From Rubripirellula sp. (GTDB lineage Bacteria > Planctomycetota > Planctomycetia > Pirellulales > Pirellulaceae), in NCBI GenBank assembly GCA_028823035.1, contig JAPKCI010000006.1, positions 2,038 through 66,037 of the forward strand: a stretch of 64,000 nucleotides of DNA, in the 5' to 3' direction. The position numbers and the translations under genes were made by a program. Each line of letters opens with the position of its first letter. Positions within the stretch are counted from its first letter, which is position 1. Below, piece after piece: positions 9,058 to 18,485 of this stretch. A model generated the notes under the pieces. That model was not told where the DNA came from and did no database searches. It worked only from the letters and a program-made list of their open reading frames with translations.

Positions 9058-10130
9058 CTAGCAACCTGTCTGCCACCAGAGTTTCAGTACGCTCATTAAA
9101 TGGTGGCGTCGTTCGGTCCAATAGGGGGTGTTTTCGAACTCGATTTTGCAGGCAGGGGTGGCCTGATTTAACTCGATTTCGTCCCACAGAGGATGATTGG
9201 GCAGCATGATCGTGGGGATGGAAACTTCCGTGATCAGTTGGATAGACCCAGGTAGCATGTTTCGCAGAGGTATCAAGCTGATGGCTGCCAGGGGCACGGT
9301 CGCGGTCCATTTGGGTCTGTACCACTGCAGTGAGTCAAAGCAGATGATGAAACTCAGCAGGTAGAGGCCGAGAGGCAATACCCAGAGGAATGGAATGATG
9401 GCAATATTCTGATAAATGTGATTCGTTACGACCAACAACATGGTCGAGGCTAGAGCAGACAACGCCAGCCATGATGCTTTTACCATCCAGCCTTGAGGAT
9501 GGTTGCTGATCTTGTCCGTGCTCACTAACGGTGGCGTCTTCGTGAGATTTGTTGCTCTGGATTCGGAACGCTGAAAAGACCAATCGTTACCACGCCCTGC
9601 ACCAGTACGAACAAGCAAAACAGCGACTGATTGGTTACGGACAGCAGAGGGTCGACAAGGAACGGATAGCTGAGTAACGCTGCCAGAGAACCCGCATTTA
9701 GCAACGCGTAAAGGTGATGGGCACGATCTGAATTGTCGTGGTAACTCAGCCAGGCCTGAACGCGGGGTCCGGTGCTTGAAAGAACAAAGTAAGGTAGACC
9801 GACATGGACGCTTAATATTCAAAAAAGGTGAAGCGTGGGCAGTTCGGCCCCCGTTGGTTTTCATGCGTCTGATGGCTCAATGGGTAATGCCAAGGCGGCA
9901 GTCGCCAGCATTGCAAGGTGAATGCAGCCCAGTAAAATCGGCTTGCAGAAAGTGTGCAGCAGATGAGCGTACAAGTATCCGGCGAACAGCAGCAACTGAA
10001 AGAACAGCATGCAGGTGGTCCAGGCAGTCGGCGTCCCACTAAACCACGGCAGTCGCATTTACTGTTGACCGGTTGCACTTGAAAGACAAGGAAGACATCG
10101 AGCAAAGTTTTGGCGGCAAACCGGAATAGC
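9058..10130 (-). pseudogene. Degraded fused membrane/spermidine-synthase-like (SAM methyltransferase) gene
   Basis: Family-like pieces in three frames: FLVFQVQP; LPWFSGTPTAWTTCMLFFQLLLFAGYLYAH; GLPYFVLSSTGP; LSYPFLVDP; VTNHIYQNIAIIPFLWVLPLGLYLLSFIICF. In-frame TGA at 9861-9863 and 9819-9821, frameshifts near 10055 and 9575, and no methyltransferase domain. Confidence 0.85.
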
Positions 10131-10442
10131 GAGTTGGTTGAGGCGGTGGCAGAATCCAGCGTGCTACAAGTCGACGAATTTTCAGATTTTACGGCTATCT
10201 GATGCTCCCATAATCATTCGACATTGGTGAAATTCGGGTAATGGAATGGATCGGGTTGGCACAAATGTCAGCCCTTCGCACCTCCAGGCTTCCATTCATG
10301 CGAACGCAATTGACCGTTCGAGCCGCATGACAGAGTCACTCAGATGGTCAGAGAGAAGCTCCCATTTGCTTGGACCTTGGGAAAGAACGAGTTGCTGTTA
10401 AACTGGACGCTGAGTTCGTTTTCCCACCCAGAAGAGGACTAC

Positions 10443-11417
10443 TTGTCCATTACTCCTCCTCGCGATGAAGCTTCGGTTGCCGTGCGTCAGCGTTTGTACG
10501 TAGACGCCACGCGTGCTGCCGTTTGGGGTTTGGGTGTCAACCTGATCTTGGTGTTGATCAAGTTGGCTGGTGGAATCGTTACGGGATCGGCCGCTTTGAT
10601 CGCTGATGCGGTCAATTCGATAGGAGACGTTGCCAGTTCAATGGCCGTCCGTGGGGCGTTAGGTATGGCGCAGGTCGAGGAGGATGAGGATCATCCCTAT
10701 GGCCACACTAAGGCTGAGTCGATTGCCGGGCTCAGTGTGTCCTTGCTGATCGCGTTCAGCGCGGGGCTTCTGGCGTTAGAGACGATCAAACGCTTTGGGG
10801 GTGAATTGCATGTACCGGGCATCGCTGCTGGCGTCCTCGCCGGGACGTGTGCGGTGATCAAGGAGGGCATCTACCGTTACACGATGCGAGTTGCCAAACG
10901 AATTGACTCATCCTCGCTCACTGCGGTGGCATGGGATCATCGGAGCGACGCAATTGGCTCGGGATTGGTTGCTGTATCGCTACTGGCGGCCCCCTACGCG
11001 GGTGACTGGGGGCGTTACATTGACCCGATTGCTGCTTTATGTCTTTGTGCCGCACTCATCTATACGGGAGCAAAGATCTTCTTCTCAACTGCCACCGAGT
11101 TGATGGATCAACAAGCGGACAACGAAACCGTGCAGCAGGTCCGATCAATTGCTGAGTCGGTGGGTGCAGTGAAGGCAGTAGAGAAGCTTCGGGTTCGTAA
11201 GAGCGGTTTGGAATTCTTTATTGAAATCCATGTACAAGTCGATGGCATGTTGACGGTTGATGCGGGCCATCGAATTGCCCATCAAGTCAAGGATCATCTG
11301 CTGGTCCACCTGCCCCGTGTTCGGGATGTCCATGTGCATATCGAACCGTTCCTCTGCAGTTCGAACGCTTTTTCCGATCTGGAACAGGACGATTCCGGCG
11401 AGCCCCTTCCAGGCTAA
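10443..11417 (+). CDS. Cation diffusion facilitator transporter (FieF/MamB-like clade)
   Basis: SAALIADAVNSIGD, HPYGHTKAES, WDHRSD and VHVHIEP CDF signatures. Start placed at TTG 10443 after GAGGA; the ORF track starts at 10344. Confidence 0.92.
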   Translation: MSITPPRDEASVAVRQRLYVDATRAAVWGLGVNLILVLIKLAGGIVTGSAALIADAVNSIGDVASSMAVRGALGMAQVEEDEDHPYGHTKAESIAGLSVSLLIAFSAGLLALETIKRFGGELHVPGIAAGVLAGTCAVIKEGIYRYTMRVAKRIDSSSLTAVAWDHRSDAIGSGLVAVSLLAAPYAGDWGRYIDPIAALCLCAALIYTGAKIFFSTATELMDQQADNETVQQVRSIAESVGAVKAVEKLRVRKSGLEFFIEIHVQVDGMLTVDAGHRIAHQVKDHLLVHLPRVRDVHVHIEPFLCSSNAFSDLEQDDSGEPLPG

Positions 11418-13249
11418 GTGGCATTGGCCATTTCAGCCAGTTGAACGGTTGCCCTGCCCTGCTCTTTTTCAAGGTAAGCCCTGCCGAACTTGACATTCAC
11501 ATGGTCCCAAGGCAATTTATCCATCAGTTCATACTTTTCGTGCACCTGTTTATCTACATCGATGCCGGCGTCAGCGATAGCGTCCCACCAGCGTTGGGCG
11601 TCAAGGTACTCGTGCCATCCATCCATTCTGGCGCCCCGTTCCCAAGCCAAGCGGATTGCTTTTCCTGAGCGACGGTCACCGCGACTTATAACACCTTCCA
11701 GAAGGCTTGTTTCGATGTCGTGGCACTTGATGTTGATGCTTCGAATCTTTCGCCGGCTCCACAAATATTTGTGGGCCCACTGGAAGTACTCGCGGCGTTG
11801 CATCCCATTCCACTGATACGGTGTATGGGCTTTGGGAACAAAATTCGAAACGCTTGCGGTGACTCGCGCGTATCGCCCGTTGACCTCTTTTCCAACCGTC
11901 GCAATCTTTTCAGCCAAATCGACGATGCCATCGAGATCTACCGGTCGTTCTCCCGGAAGTCCGCACATGAAGTACAGTTTGATGCTCTCATACCCGTTTT
12001 GAAACGCCACTCGGCAGCCTTCAATCAAGTCACTGTTCTTGATTTTCTTGCGGATTTGCTCACGCATATCATCACGGGCAACCTCAGGTGCGAGCGTCAT
12101 GCTGCGTCGGCGTTCACTTCCCAGCAGGACAGGAAGTGTCCGCAACTGCTCGTTGACCCGTAGACTCGGCACACTGATGTTGACCCCCAGTGGCTTGAAC
12201 ACCTCGTGCAGTTTCATCACAAGCGGTTCAAAATGTGGGTAATCACTGCTGGAGAGCGAAAGAATACTGATTTCGTTGTAGCCGGTGTTCTTGTAACTCT
12301 CAATCGCTGCATTAACGATCGTGTCAACTTCACGCACTCTTAATGGTCGTTTGATGACTGTGCTTTGGCAAAAGCGACAAAGGTGTGGGCAACCACGCAT
12401 GATCTCGACAGCAATCCGGTCATGCACGCATTCGATGTAAGGGACAATAGGGTGGGTTGGCAGGGGAATGCCGTCCAAGTCACTGATGACACTGGGGGCA
12501 ATCGTTTCAGGGACGTCGCTACGCGTGCGATTCAGTGCTGTGATCCGACCATCATCGTATTCGGGCGCGTAGAATCTTGGGACGTATGCGGATTCGATCG
12601 ACTGCGCGACGATCGCCAATGCATCCTCTCGCTGCTTGCGTCCTTCGTCGCCGGTGGCGAAAGATCCATCGGGGAGCTGTCTTTCTTTCTTCAGCTTCAG
12701 CCACAGATCACACGCTGCGGGTAGGGATGGCTCTCCATCGCCTGTGATCATCACATCGAAATAGTCTGCCATCGGCTCCGGATTCTGGCAGCAGGGCCCA
12801 CCAGCGAGTATCAGCGGGTCAGCCATCGTGCGATCGGCGGCTTCGAGTGGAATGCCACCAAGATCGATCATGGTCAGAACGTTAGGCGCACTGATTTCAT
12901 ATTGCAGTGACAAGCCAACGACATCGAACTCGCTCAGTGCGGTAAAGGTCTCAAGGCTGTACAGCGGAATGTCATGTTTGCGAAGCAGTTTTTCCATATC
13001 AGGCCAAGGGGTGAATACACGTTCGGCGCACCAGTCTTCCCGTCGGTTCATCAGAGAGTACAGAACCTGCAGCCCATGGTGGCTCATGCCAATGGTGTAG
13101 GCGTCGGGGAATCCCAGACAGAGTTTGCCCTGAACCTCGGTGTGATTCTTGACAACAATGTTGCGTTCCCCACCCACATATTGGGCCGGCGTCTGCACGT
13201 GTGGCCAAACTCGGGACTCGAGAATTCGACGTCGTTCAAGGTTGATCAT
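11414..13249 (-). CDS. TIGR03960-like B12-binding radical SAM protein
   Basis: FPDAYTIGMSHHGLQVLY N-terminus, CxxxCxxC (GCPHLCRFC), LAPEVA, FVPKAHTPYQW and LPWDHV. Start placed at ATG 13249 (MINLERR). Confidence 0.9.
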   Translation of the reverse strand: MINLERRRILESRVWPHVQTPAQYVGGERNIVVKNHTEVQGKLCLGFPDAYTIGMSHHGLQVLYSLMNRREDWCAERVFTPWPDMEKLLRKHDIPLYSLETFTALSEFDVVGLSLQYEISAPNVLTMIDLGGIPLEAADRTMADPLILAGGPCCQNPEPMADYFDVMITGDGEPSLPAACDLWLKLKKERQLPDGSFATGDEGRKQREDALAIVAQSIESAYVPRFYAPEYDDGRITALNRTRSDVPETIAPSVISDLDGIPLPTHPIVPYIECVHDRIAVEIMRGCPHLCRFCQSTVIKRPLRVREVDTIVNAAIESYKNTGYNEISILSLSSSDYPHFEPLVMKLHEVFKPLGVNISVPSLRVNEQLRTLPVLLGSERRRSMTLAPEVARDDMREQIRKKIKNSDLIEGCRVAFQNGYESIKLYFMCGLPGERPVDLDGIVDLAEKIATVGKEVNGRYARVTASVSNFVPKAHTPYQWNGMQRREYFQWAHKYLWSRRKIRSINIKCHDIETSLLEGVISRGDRRSGKAIRLAWERGARMDGWHEYLDAQRWWDAIADAGIDVDKQVHEKYELMDKLPWDHVNVKFGRAYLEKEQGRATVQLAEMANAT

Positions 13250-13401
13250 GGATGTTGTATCGTTGCTGTGGAAAGGTAGGCGACTACGGTTCGGAAACTT
13301 GTTGGGTTCTGGGTGGGCACTCAATTGCCTGACACGCTAAAGTGTGGCTGAGAAACGGTCATCTGTACAAGGGAAACCATCATAGAAAAGAGAATAGGAT
13401 T

Positions 13402-13728
13402 GTGAGCGATTTTGAAACAGTGGGGAAAATCACCGATTTTGAGGACGGACAGGGGCGGGCAGTCCCCGTCGATGGCCGGATGGTTGCGGTTTTTCGCACC
13501 GGTGAGGAATGGTTTGCTATCGATGACCTGTGCCCCCACATGGGGGCTTCGCTCGCCGAGGGTTATGTCGAGGACAAAATGGTGACCTGCCCCTGGCATG
13601 CATGGCGATTCTGCATTCGTGATGGAAAATGGGAGGATAATCCTCGCACGCGAGTTGATTGCTTCGAAGTGAAAATCGATGGGGATGACGTGCTAGTTCG
13701 GGAAAAAATCAGTGCGGCAGAGGAGTGA
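13402..13728 (+). CDS. Rieske [2Fe-2S] ferredoxin (NirD-like)
   Basis: CPHMGASL and CPWHAWRF Rieske motifs. GTG start at 13402. Confidence 0.92.
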   Translation: MSDFETVGKITDFEDGQGRAVPVDGRMVAVFRTGEEWFAIDDLCPHMGASLAEGYVEDKMVTCPWHAWRFCIRDGKWEDNPRTRVDCFEVKIDGDDVLVREKISAAEE

Positions 13729-13893
13729 TGCGATCACGACTTGTGCTCGTATCAAATGCTCTGAGTTCACACTGCAGCAAACTGCAGATGTGGCCGTGAT
13801 TGCGAATTTGATGATTTGAGACGGTTTCGCATTTCCCGGCTGATTTAGTTTGCAATGAGGAGTTGCTATTCCCGCTTGGCGATCGGTGGTTTC

Positions 13894-15006
13894 CTATTCC
13901 GGCAGGGCGAGAAGTAACGCTATCGTTGCCCAGGCCGTTGCGGCGGTAGATATGAACTGATCTTTTTCATGCGGAAAACCAGTTTCGAAATATTTTTGAA
14001 AAGGTTTGCTTCTTGATTTCACGTGCCACGATCCACGCTCGGTTTGTTGTTGCAGCAGAAAAGAGAGTCCTTTCTGGTAAGCGGCGTTATCTGAAGTGAC
14101 TTGTTGCGTGCGGATCAGACACACCATCACGATACCGGTGGCGTATGGATCACTGTCCATTCCCTCCTTTTGAGACCAGCCACCATCGGCTTGCTGCATC
14201 TCAAGCAGGCTGTCTGCGTGCAGTTTGAGTGATGCGACTGGCGCTTCGAGATATTCAAGCGATCGCAGGTGGAAAACTTTGTCTTCGGTTGTGACAGGTG
14301 TCGCATCAAGCAGCCACTTCAACGTACTGTTGAAACGCTCACGCATGGCCATTTGCTGATCAGCGTTACCGTAGTATTTCAGAGCGCGAATTGCGAGATA
14401 AGTGGTGGTGTAGTCACTTGATTCAGAAGGCGGGCGATTGCTGCTGCACTTCCAGTAGGCGGCGTCGCCAGGAGAGGACAGAAGAAAGTGTGTGACAGCA
14501 TGAATCACTTGGTCAGCTGGATGTTCACCGACTTCGAGGGTCCAGAGGGCATAGCCCGCTGTGTCTACGCCACCGCCCTGCCCTTTTCCTTGTTCGTAAT
14601 TACCCTTTCCCTTTTTGAGGTGTGCGACGGTATGGTCAATTTGTCTTGCGTAGTTCTTGAGATTAATTTCGAATCCCCGCTTTCTGGCTTCACTGATTGC
14701 CATGACGGGCAACGCTTGACTGTGGCAAGTAAAACACTTGCGTTGTTCGGCTGAGCCCGCCGATGATTTCTCCAGCAGAGGTAAGGCCGCTTCGATTGCT
14801 TTCTGGATCTCAGCGGGGCTTGTGATGGTTTCCGCGGAGTCATTGGCAAGGACGTGATCAGCAGACATGATCCCAGCCATGGTCAGTCCCGCGACGACCA
14901 GCAAAGTTGCTCGAGTCAGGTTGCGGCATCGATCTGAGATCACCATGCCCAGCCTCATTTGCTTGCAGTCGTCTTGCAGTGATACCGGCGTAGATTGGTT
15001 CGTCAT
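13894..15006 (-). CDS. Secreted prenyltransferase/squalene-cyclase-repeat protein with a CxxCH motif
   Basis: QW-like repeats (QQADGGWSQ, QQTERGSWHV), DPYATG, FISTAATAWA, N-terminal signal-like stretch, CFTCH at aa 91-95. Confidence 0.8.
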   Translation of the reverse strand: MTNQSTPVSLQDDCKQMRLGMVISDRCRNLTRATLLVVAGLTMAGIMSADHVLANDSAETITSPAEIQKAIEAALPLLEKSSAGSAEQRKCFTCHSQALPVMAISEARKRGFEINLKNYARQIDHTVAHLKKGKGNYEQGKGQGGGVDTAGYALWTLEVGEHPADQVIHAVTHFLLSSPGDAAYWKCSSNRPPSESSDYTTTYLAIRALKYYGNADQQMAMRERFNSTLKWLLDATPVTTEDKVFHLRSLEYLEAPVASLKLHADSLLEMQQADGGWSQKEGMDSDPYATGIVMVCLIRTQQVTSDNAAYQKGLSFLLQQQTERGSWHVKSRSKPFQKYFETGFPHEKDQFISTAATAWATIALLLALPE

Positions 15007-15120
15007 GGAGTCTGCCAGGCGTGATTGAGGAAGATCGCGTCCATCAAGGCCGCAGCAACGATGTCAGTGCTTTGCTCTCGGGTGTTTACTAACACTTGCG
15101 ATGTCCACCCCGGATCAAAA

Positions 15121-18100
15121 TCAGTTGGTTGATATGTTGTGCAGGTTTTCGTCGTGCCAGTTCTCAAGGCTCAGTACTTCACCTGTTTCGATTTTACCGG
15201 GATCAACGACGACGTGCTTGATTCGTTGTCGCTTCCAGGTGTAAGTCATGTGAACTAGTCCATCTTTGGCTTGGATGATGGCTGGATAACTGAATTCTGC
15301 ATTTTCCTCCTGATCCAGCACCGCGACTTTTCTCCATGTCACGCCATCTTTAGAAATCGCCAGATTCAAAAGACCTCTCCGTCCCCAACCGGTTTTTCCC
15401 GAAATCAGGTGGTTGTAGATCATCAAGTGGCGTCCGTCTCGAAGCGAAATGACCTCAATGCCGGAGTTCGGATTAGGAAGGTTGGTGGCTTTCATGGGCG
15501 ACCATGTTTCACCTTGATCATCAGAAAAACTGGTGCTGATGACACTTTCTTTTGTCCGGCAAAGCACCTGAAGTCGCCCATCGGAGTGCCTTAGAAATGT
15601 CGGCTGAATGGCATTGAACTGTTCGGGTTCGTTGATGGGGCCAATTCGTTTCCAAGTGCCAGTGGGTTTGCCTTGATTGAGTGATACTTTTTCGAAATGG
15701 ACTCTCCAGCCGTCGTACTCGGTGGAAGAACCGCATAGCAGAGTTTGATCAGAAAGCAGGATAGGTTTGCAACGCACTGGCCCATCGATGCCTTCTGGTA
15801 GCCGTCGTCGATCTCTGAACGTTCGACCTCGATCGTAGCTGAACATCACTTCACCCCACCACGAGCGTGGTTCAGGGCCCACTTTGAAAAATAGTGTTGT
15901 GGGGGCATCGCCTGGCGGTTGAAACAGAACAGGGTTCCAGCACGGATAGCGAAGCTCCTCGTGCTGCACACCATTGGCCCATTCCTTGGGACTGCTCCAG
16001 CGGGTTCCATCGTGATACGAGACCCAGATACCGACATCCTTGCTTTTCTCGCGTGTGCCTCCGAACCAGGCAACAACCAGTCCGCGATTGGTTTCACAGA
16101 TCGTCGAGGCGTGGCATTGCGGAAACGAGGCCTGTGTGAAAACAAATTCTTCCTTCACCAATCCGGGGAACCGCGGCTCACCCGTGGCTGTCGGCGCTCG
16201 CGCCGCGAGTTGTTCCGGCCCATAGTTGATGCAGTCGTCATGTCGGATGTAGTAAATGCGGCCGTTCTCCGCTCCCACCAGCAGGTCCGGCTTTTGATCT
16301 TTATCAAAGTCACAAACAGCTGGACTTGATGTATGACCCGCGACATTCCGACGCGCGAGATTCCCGATTTTCTTTAGCACCACTTTGCCGTCGCGATCGA
16401 CGCAGTTGCGATACCAGGTTGCGTTTTCTGAGTTGACAAGCAGGTCGAGTCGATTGTCACCGTCCCAGTCAACGACTGCCAATTTAACGCGGCCAGAACC
16501 ACCACAGGACTTGGGGTTGAGTTGGATTGAGTGGTTGTCTTCATCCACGAAGATGCGTTGGGCTTTCCCACCGTTTGATCGTAGGGTAATAAAACCCTGC
16601 TGATCCAATGCGACCAGATCCAGTTTCGAGTCACCATCAAAGTCAACGGCAACTGGAGTGGTTCGCCATTGGGTAAGTGATGATTGCGATGGTTGGTTCC
16701 ACCAATACCACTTTGGCGGTGATTCCAGTTGGCTTGCCGTGAAGTCGACCTGCTCCAGTGCCTCCTTACCACCACGCAGCAGTCCGATTCGAGCCCAGAT
16801 GGAGTTGTAAAGTATGTCGGGATGATTGTCCCCATCCCAGTCAGCGACGGAGATTGTCGAGTAGCCCCATTTTGCTTCGCAGGGTCCCTGTATCGAGCCG
16901 TTGGGTCCTGCCATTATCCGAAACGTTTCCGTTTTACCCGAAACGGTCGATCTCGCTGTGAGCAACCTGGGAGCTGACCATTTTGGTGTCCCTGAGTCAC
17001 TTTGTCCGAGGTTTTCGAAGATGCCGATGTAGCCGGCGGTGTTTCCGCACAGGATGTCTTCGTCTCCATCGTTGTCCCAGTCAAAGGCGAACGGCGTAGC
17101 CAGAGCCCCAAACTTCAGCGTGTCCGCTTCCTGCTGAAAGTAGAACGGCTGTTCGAACAACGGTGCACCCGATCGGATCACGCCCGTGTTTTCGATGAAT
17201 GCCACGCGTCCATCTTCGTCACCAGCGATCAGGTCGATGTCGCCGTCCTGATCCCAGTCGATTGCGGTAGGCGTGATCATTTGCAGATCCATCGTCAATG
17301 GAGTGTTCGCTCGGGAAAGAACCTTCTGGCCGGCGGCGTATTGGGGTTTGGAACGGGAACCGATGTTGCGGAAATAAGTGAAACCATCGAGGAATTCACC
17401 GCACATCAGATCGAGGTCCCCATCACCATCAAAATCGGCGAAATTCGGTGATGGCCAGCCATAGACATCAATCACACTGCCACTGGCAGTAATCTTCTCG
17501 GGCTTGTTTGTATACGCAGGTTTCTCAGCGGTGCCTTCGTTTTCAATCAGATAGACATAGCCGTGCAGAGGTCCATTTTTCCATTGTCCCGACTGGTCGT
17601 ATGCATCGTCCCAACCATAGTCCGACCAGTCACCCACACCCACGATCAGGTCCTGATCACCATCGCCATCGTAGTCGACATATCGCCACATGTTGCCGCG
17701 AACCGATTGGTTGTGAATGTTGGTTCGCGGATAGATCTTGATCGGTTTGGAAAAATTGAACTGGCCGGTGCGTGGGTCGCGAGGGAACTCATAGCCAGGC
17801 TTTAGTATGCGTGGCGTGCCATTGGTATGGCTGATTTGGAAATTATGCGTCGTATTACCAAGTCGCACAGCGCGTTTGAATACTGGTTTAGAATTCGTCG
17901 GGTCTTGGGTCGTGTTTTCAAAATAAAAGACCCCGTTGGAGGGCTTGTCTGGACAGGCAACTAAAAGATCCATGTCTCCATCTTTGTCGTAGTCCATTGG
18001 CATAGGCCATGACCACAGGCCCACTCCTAAGTCAACTTTGAGCCCGGGATTGTTGTATTGCAGTGGTTTCAGTTTCCACTCATTATCCTGAGCAACAACC

Positions 18101-18159
18101 GGATATGTTGACAGCATCATGATGAGCAGAACGACGCTTCGGGTAGGGATAGCAATCAT
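15121..18159 (-). CDS. Secreted FG-GAP/VCBS-repeat protein fused to a BNR/Asp-box sialidase-like domain
   Basis: Signal peptide; nine D(Y/F/W)DxDxxxD(L/I)-type repeats; C-terminal Asp boxes (SYHDGTRW, SYDRGRTF, SDDQGETW, SKDGVTW); EFSYPAIIQ. Confidence 0.88.
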   Translation of the reverse strand: MIAIPTRSVVLLIMMLSTYPVVAQDNEWKLKPLQYNNPGLKVDLGVGLWSWPMPMDYDKDGDMDLLVACPDKPSNGVFYFENTTQDPTNSKPVFKRAVRLGNTTHNFQISHTNGTPRILKPGYEFPRDPRTGQFNFSKPIKIYPRTNIHNQSVRGNMWRYVDYDGDGDQDLIVGVGDWSDYGWDDAYDQSGQWKNGPLHGYVYLIENEGTAEKPAYTNKPEKITASGSVIDVYGWPSPNFADFDGDGDLDLMCGEFLDGFTYFRNIGSRSKPQYAAGQKVLSRANTPLTMDLQMITPTAIDWDQDGDIDLIAGDEDGRVAFIENTGVIRSGAPLFEQPFYFQQEADTLKFGALATPFAFDWDNDGDEDILCGNTAGYIGIFENLGQSDSGTPKWSAPRLLTARSTVSGKTETFRIMAGPNGSIQGPCEAKWGYSTISVADWDGDNHPDILYNSIWARIGLLRGGKEALEQVDFTASQLESPPKWYWWNQPSQSSLTQWRTTPVAVDFDGDSKLDLVALDQQGFITLRSNGGKAQRIFVDEDNHSIQLNPKSCGGSGRVKLAVVDWDGDNRLDLLVNSENATWYRNCVDRDGKVVLKKIGNLARRNVAGHTSSPAVCDFDKDQKPDLLVGAENGRIYYIRHDDCINYGPEQLAARAPTATGEPRFPGLVKEEFVFTQASFPQCHASTICETNRGLVVAWFGGTREKSKDVGIWVSYHDGTRWSSPKEWANGVQHEELRYPCWNPVLFQPPGDAPTTLFFKVGPEPRSWWGEVMFSYDRGRTFRDRRRLPEGIDGPVRCKPILLSDQTLLCGSSTEYDGWRVHFEKVSLNQGKPTGTWKRIGPINEPEQFNAIQPTFLRHSDGRLQVLCRTKESVISTSFSDDQGETWSPMKATNLPNPNSGIEVISLRDGRHLMIYNHLISGKTGWGRRGLLNLAISKDGVTWRKVAVLDQEENAEFSYPAIIQAKDGLVHMTYTWKRQRIKHVVVDPGKIETGEVLSLENWHDENLHNISTN

Positions 18160-18485
18160 GACTTGGATACAGGTGAGGGTGGGAAGAACGCTTTTTTGGA
18201 GGGAAATGACGGGAGGCTGTCAGGGTACCACAAGCACAACATGAATCAGCAATCCCGCCACAGATTTTGGGAAACCGCCACGGCACGGCACAGCATGAGA
18301 TCGTGGACGTTTGAATCGCATGAATGGACATCCATTCACATTTGCTGTTCGCTATTTGCCCAGAATCCCGCTGTAAAAAGACCTCAAGTTCTCTCGGCAT
18401 AATCAAGTGGTGGCCATTCTAACGACTCTTGTGTCATCTATAATGAATCGGCTCTCCAGAGGGTCTGTTCGGTAACCTCGTCGCG

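Noticed and set aside
9819-9863. TGA recoding (Trp or Sec) rescuing the spermidine-synthase-like gene
   Set aside because: Many intact genes here end in TGA, and the locus also has frameshifts and a missing domain.
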